A DNA stretch of 32,000 nt from Candidatus Chlorohelix allophototropha (GTDB lineage Bacteria; Chloroflexota; Chloroflexia; Chloroheliales; Chloroheliaceae), in NCBI RefSeq assembly GCF_030389965.1, contig NZ_CP128399.1, positions 1,508,934 to 1,540,933 on the forward strand, in the 5' to 3' direction. This document shows positions 28,698 through 32,000 of this stretch, piece after piece. Below the pieces are notes generated by a model. The model saw only the letters and a list, made by a program, of their open reading frames with translations. It did not search any database and was not told the DNA's origin. The position numbers and the translations under genes were made by a program. Position 1 is the first letter of the stretch. Every line of letters starts with the position of its first letter.

Positions 28698-28840
28698 TGT
28701 TACATTCTCCTTACAAAGGTCTTGAACCTCTTTTATTTATAATTGAGTCATAGTTATAATTTACATTAAGGAGCAGATAAATTGCTCTACAGGGTTATAG
28801 TAAAAGTTACAGACAAGTCATAACAGAAAAAGGTACCGAA

Positions 28841-29269
28841 ATGTCAAAACCGTCGAAGCAACTCTATACTACCACAATTTTATTGATTGAAAACGATACT
28901 AGCTCTCGCGCTGTGATGCACACCTTAATGCAAAAACTGGCAGGGCAACCTGTTCAAATTTACGACACCAGCGACGGGGACGAAGCTTTGAAACTCTTTC
29001 GAGAGAAGCAACCCCAACTTGTTTTCACCGATTTAATTCACCCCGGTCTTGATGGTTGCCGTTTAATTGAAAGAATGCGACATTTAAATCCTTATGTATT
29101 TATCGTGGTTTGTAGCAGTGTAGAATTAATCGGGGAAGTGCGCGGCTATAATTTCTTCCTAGAAAAGCCTTTTGCCACCGCCGATTTCCAGCGTGTTATC
29201 CGCGCTGGGTTAGCACATGCTGAAGATTTGCTGTTACAATCCGCAAATAAACAATTAAAGGCTGTATAA
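28841..29269 (+). CDS. Single-domain response regulator (receiver domain)
   Basis: TTILLIENDTSSRAVMHTLMQ...PQLVFTDLIHPGLDGCRLIERM...IVVCSS...FFLEKPFATADF. Asp and Lys are conserved. Confidence 0.85.
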   Translation: MSKPSKQLYTTTILLIENDTSSRAVMHTLMQKLAGQPVQIYDTSDGDEALKLFREKQPQLVFTDLIHPGLDGCRLIERMRHLNPYVFIVVCSSVELIGEVRGYNFFLEKPFATADFQRVIRAGLAHAEDLLLQSANKQLKAV

Positions 29270-29280
29270 ATAAAAAAATA

Positions 29281-29327
29281 GGAACCGCCGGAGTACAATT
29301 CCGGTGGTTCCCCTCCTGTCTTTTTCC
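29281..29327. terminator. Bidirectional Rho-independent terminator
   Basis: GGAACCGCCGGA (29281-29292) and TCCGGTGGTTCC (29300-29311) form a 12-bp stem with one G-U pair. AAAAAAA upstream and GTCTTTTT downstream, between convergent genes. Confidence 0.85.
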
Positions 29328-29329
29328 AA

Positions 29330-30040
29330 TTAGTAGTATGTTCTCTTCAGATTTATATCTTTCGCGCCTTTGGCTCTGGTAAAATTAACGCTGTGCATTT
29401 GGGCATGCTCGAAAGATGCGCCCGTGACATCTGAGCCGAAGAAATCCACCCCCCGTGCTTTAACCCGATCGAGATTGGCATTTACCAATTTGGCGTTAAA
29501 GAAGCGCGAGCCATGTATATCCGCGCCGGTAAAAACAGCTTCGGTAAAGTCAACGCCGGCTGCGTAAACTCCTACCAACGAAGCAGATTTGAAGCTTGCC
29601 CCGATTGCCTTTGCGCTATGCAAATCGCAACCGTGCAAATCCGAGTCATCAAAGATTGCGCCGCACAAGTTAGCCCCAATGAAATTTGAACCCATCAATT
29701 TGCATCCGCTCAAGTTGGCGTTGCTCAAATCAGCTTGCCGGAAGCTGACAGCGTGCAAATCAAGTCCGCTCAGGTCTGCGCCGCTCAAATCAACTCGCGA
29801 GAAATTGCCGCGCCAAAATAGCCCGAAGTTGAAGTTGATACCCCGCAACGCCTTGATTACGCTATTGCGATCAAATCTCTTGCGTGCGGAGTTGGCAACT
29901 GGAATATCCTCTACCACTTCATCCCTATTTCCGACCTTTAGCTCTTCATACTCTCCGGCATCCTCAACTGTTAACACTTCAAATTCTTCAGCTTCTTCAA
30001 CTATCGGAATCCTGTTTGCCTTGCCGAATTGATTGCTCAT
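29330..30040 (-). CDS. Pentapeptide-repeat protein
   Basis: VDLSGADLSGLDLHAVSFRQADLSNANLSGCKLMGSNFIGANLCGAIFDDSDLHGCDL... shows A(D/N)LxX periodicity across about 160 aa, with an acidic N-terminus. Confidence 0.92.
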   Translation of the reverse strand: MSNQFGKANRIPIVEEAEEFEVLTVEDAGEYEELKVGNRDEVVEDIPVANSARKRFDRNSVIKALRGINFNFGLFWRGNFSRVDLSGADLSGLDLHAVSFRQADLSNANLSGCKLMGSNFIGANLCGAIFDDSDLHGCDLHSAKAIGASFKSASLVGVYAAGVDFTEAVFTGADIHGSRFFNAKLVNANLDRVKARGVDFFGSDVTGASFEHAQMHSVNFTRAKGAKDINLKRTYY

Positions 30041-30074
30041 ATTAGTTACCCCTTTTAAATTGCTATAAAGGTGT

Positions 30075-30521
30075 TTACTCTGCGCTACTTGCTTTTATCT
30101 CTGCTTTACTGGGTCGCATGTAGGTGAGGGTGTGGTGTGTGAGAAGAGTGCCGCTTGCCGATACACACTCTGCTACGCCGTAAATCGCGCGCCTACCTGC
30201 CTTCAGAACTTTGGCGGTGCAGTAAATATCTTCATGCTTAGCCCCGGTCAGGAAGTTGGTTTTCATTTCAAGGGTCAGAGTCATACGGGCTTCGTCATAG
30301 CCTGTGCTGGTAGCGATTGCGATCCACATTGCCACATCTGCTACCGCCATATAGACAGGACCTGCCACGTAGCCGCCCGGTCTTTCAAGACCGGAATGGA
30401 ACGGCACTAATATTGTACACTCGCCCTCACCCAGTTTGTGTAGTTTGAATCCATACAGGTTGGTGAAGGATGCTTCCGACAGCATCTCCTGCATTTTTTC
30501 AAAGTCAACCGCGTTTTGCAT
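30075..30521 (-). CDS. PaaI/DUF4442-like hotdog-fold thioesterase family protein
   Basis: GFKLHKLGEGECTILVPFHSGLERPGGYVAGPVYMAVADVAMWIAIATSTGYDEARMTLTLEMKTNFLTGAKHEDIYCTAKVLKAGRRAIYGVAECVSASGTLLTHHTLTYM. Confidence 0.85.
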   Translation of the reverse strand: MQNAVDFEKMQEMLSEASFTNLYGFKLHKLGEGECTILVPFHSGLERPGGYVAGPVYMAVADVAMWIAIATSTGYDEARMTLTLEMKTNFLTGAKHEDIYCTAKVLKAGRRAIYGVAECVSASGTLLTHHTLTYMRPSKAEIKASSAE

Positions 30522-30580
30522 CTGAATCTTCCCTTTCCGGAGGCGACTAAAAGCATAGGCAGTTACGTTGCCCGTTCCGG

Positions 30581-31696
30581 TTATTGAGTATATATAATTT
30601 GCTTCAGATGCTCAATGAAAATGTCGGTTTGCTCCGGACGACCAACGCTTACCCTGAAAGCATTTTCCAACAACGGCTTATTATAGTGGCGTACCAGCAC
30701 TCCCCGCTTTTCCAGTTCACTTTTGATTAGCTTCGCGCTGCCCTGTTTCAAGCGACAGAAAATAAAGTTTGAGCTACTAGGTAAAGCTTCAAAATAGTCG
30801 CTGAATTCCTGCAATAGACCGTAGAGCCGTTCGCGCTCTGCTACGATTTTTTCAACATGCTCGGCAATCCAGTTGCCTTCGCGCAAACTGGCGCGTGCCG
30901 CTTCTTGCCCTGCCACCGTCACATTATAAGGCTGTTTGATTTTCCACAATTGACGCGCAATTATTTCAGGTACGATGCCGTAACCCACCCGCAAGCCTGC
31001 AAGCCCGCTCAACTTGCTAAAGGTGCGCAACACAATTAGGTTTTCGTATTCGTCAGTCAGTTTGATAAAGCTATGCCCGGCGAAATCGTGGTATGCCTCG
31101 TCCACCACCACGATTTTGCCTGTATCTAGCAATGCTCGCACCACACTTTCCGGGGCGCTATTACCGGTGGGGTTATTGGGGGTGCAGATGAAAATGAGCT
31201 TGGTGTGTTCGTCCACAGCTGCCAACGCTGCTTCTACATCAATGCTGTAATCCTTAATATGGCGTGGTACGCTACGGATTTGGGCGCGATATAGCTCGCC
31301 CAGAAAAGAATACATCCCAAAGGTAGGGGCAAAATCCAGAATATTGTCGCCGGGTGAGATGAATAGCCGAATCAACAATTCCAGCAACTCGTCCGAACCG
31401 CTACCCACAAAAATGCGCTCTTTGCTTACACCTGTATATTTTCCCAGTTCTTCGCGCAAGTTTAGTGCGCTTGGGTCGGGGTAGATATGATAATATTGCT
31501 GGTTTTTGAGGGCTTCCAGCGCGGCGGGTGATGCCCCATAGGGATTCTCGTTCGCGTCTAGTTTCACGAGTTGCTCGATGGGAATACCCAATCGCACGCT
31601 CAGACGGTCGAGTGGCTCAACCGGAGTATATTCTTCTAGTTCTAGCAGGTCGGGGCGCATCATCGCTTCCAAATCGAGGCGCTTTTCGGTAGTCAT
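30581..31696 (-). CDS. hisC: Histidinol-phosphate aminotransferase
   Basis: Trimmed start MTTEKRLDLEAMMRP. VKLDANENPYGASPAALEAL, YHIYPDPSALNLREEL, FICTPNNPTGN, VVDEAYHDFAG, VLRTFSKLSGLAGLRVGYG. Confidence 0.95.
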   Translation of the reverse strand: MTTEKRLDLEAMMRPDLLELEEYTPVEPLDRLSVRLGIPIEQLVKLDANENPYGASPAALEALKNQQYYHIYPDPSALNLREELGKYTGVSKERIFVGSGSDELLELLIRLFISPGDNILDFAPTFGMYSFLGELYRAQIRSVPRHIKDYSIDVEAALAAVDEHTKLIFICTPNNPTGNSAPESVVRALLDTGKIVVVDEAYHDFAGHSFIKLTDEYENLIVLRTFSKLSGLAGLRVGYGIVPEIIARQLWKIKQPYNVTVAGQEAARASLREGNWIAEHVEKIVAERERLYGLLQEFSDYFEALPSSSNFIFCRLKQGSAKLIKSELEKRGVLVRHYNKPLLENAFRVSVGRPEQTDIFIEHLKQIIYTQ

Positions 31697-31748
31697 TGGT
31701 ATCTTTTCCTGTTTAATTTTTGGCGGTACACGAACCACTTTTACTACA

Positions 31749-32000
31749 TTACGATTGTTTTACGGCACGGGTAGCGAAATAATTCGGTATATATTCGCCG
31801 ATGCGTTCGCCCGGTTGAATATCCTCATAGAAGGCTGACAGCAGGAAACCCACTTCGAGTTGTCCGCCAATTAACGATTCGTAGGTGTGGCTAAATTCCA
31901 GTGGCGCATCTTCGGGTAATTGCTGCTTGCGCTCTTCTGCGCTCAGGTTGTGCAAATCCGAATAAGGTAGCGCGTGTCTAACCTGAAAAATCCCCTGCTT
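31749..32000 (-). CDS. C-terminal fragment of a gene running off the window edge, possibly a class I SAM methyltransferase
   Basis: The frame stays open through 32000 (KQGIFQVRHALPYSDLHNLSAEERKQQLPEDAPLEFSHTYESLIGGQLEVGFLLSAFYEDIQPGERIGEYIPNYFATRAVK). The tail resembles SAM methyltransferase C-termini. Confidence 0.55.
   Translation of the reverse strand, partial: KQGIFQVRHALPYSDLHNLSAEERKQQLPEDAPLEFSHTYESLIGGQLEVGFLLSAFYEDIQPGERIGEYIPNYFATRAVKQS

Noticed and set aside
28841-29269. Considered as a second atypical receiver
   Set aside because: Phospho-acceptor Asp (FTDLIHPGLDG) and Lys (LEKPF) are present. Only the Thr/Ser position varies (VVCSS), so it looks like a normal single-domain receiver.
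29330-30040. Tandem DNA repeats suggested by periodic sequence
   Set aside because: The periodicity is explained by pentapeptide repeats at the protein level. The DNA copies are diverged.
1-32000. CRISPR array, tRNA/rRNA genes, prophage
   Set aside because: No regularly spaced identical repeats, no recognisable tRNA/rRNA segments, and no phage structural or integrase genes found by reading the window.

Overview
Bacterial chromosomal window, mostly housekeeping genes. The style suggests Chloroflexota, but that is inference only. The backbone is a minus-strand histidine biosynthesis region (hisC, hisB, hisH, hisA, hisF, hisI) interleaved with unrelated or uncharacterised genes. One interleaved gene is a MazG-like protein that could stand in for HisE. 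Other recognisable genes encode a cytidylate-kinase-like protein, a PLP aminotransferase, a NYN-domain protein, a FemAB-like protein, a GrpB-family protein, an isochorismatase-like hydrolase, an MFS transporter, DUF951, a GAF-PAS-HisKA-HATPase-REC hybrid kinase, RarA, a secreted PLD-like protein, DUF2721, a RidA-family protein, a pentapeptide-repeat protein and a PaaI-like thioesterase. Accessory content is a compact type II restriction-modification pair (amino-methyltransferase plus PmeII/EcoO109I-like nuclease, 5320-7052) and a truncated IS1182-like transposase (8230-9228). The most unusual stretch is about 8.0-11.0 kb. (i) A diverged, ungapped direct repeat of about 130 bp (8022-8153 and 9326-9457) precedes both the transposase remnant and a receiver-domain gene at nearly identical spacing. 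(ii) That receiver domain has Cys at the phospho-acceptor position. (iii) The next gene encodes a membrane-anchored protein whose N-terminus resembles a ubiquitin E2/RWD-fold domain without the catalytic Cys. No CRISPR array, rRNA or tRNA was recognised.
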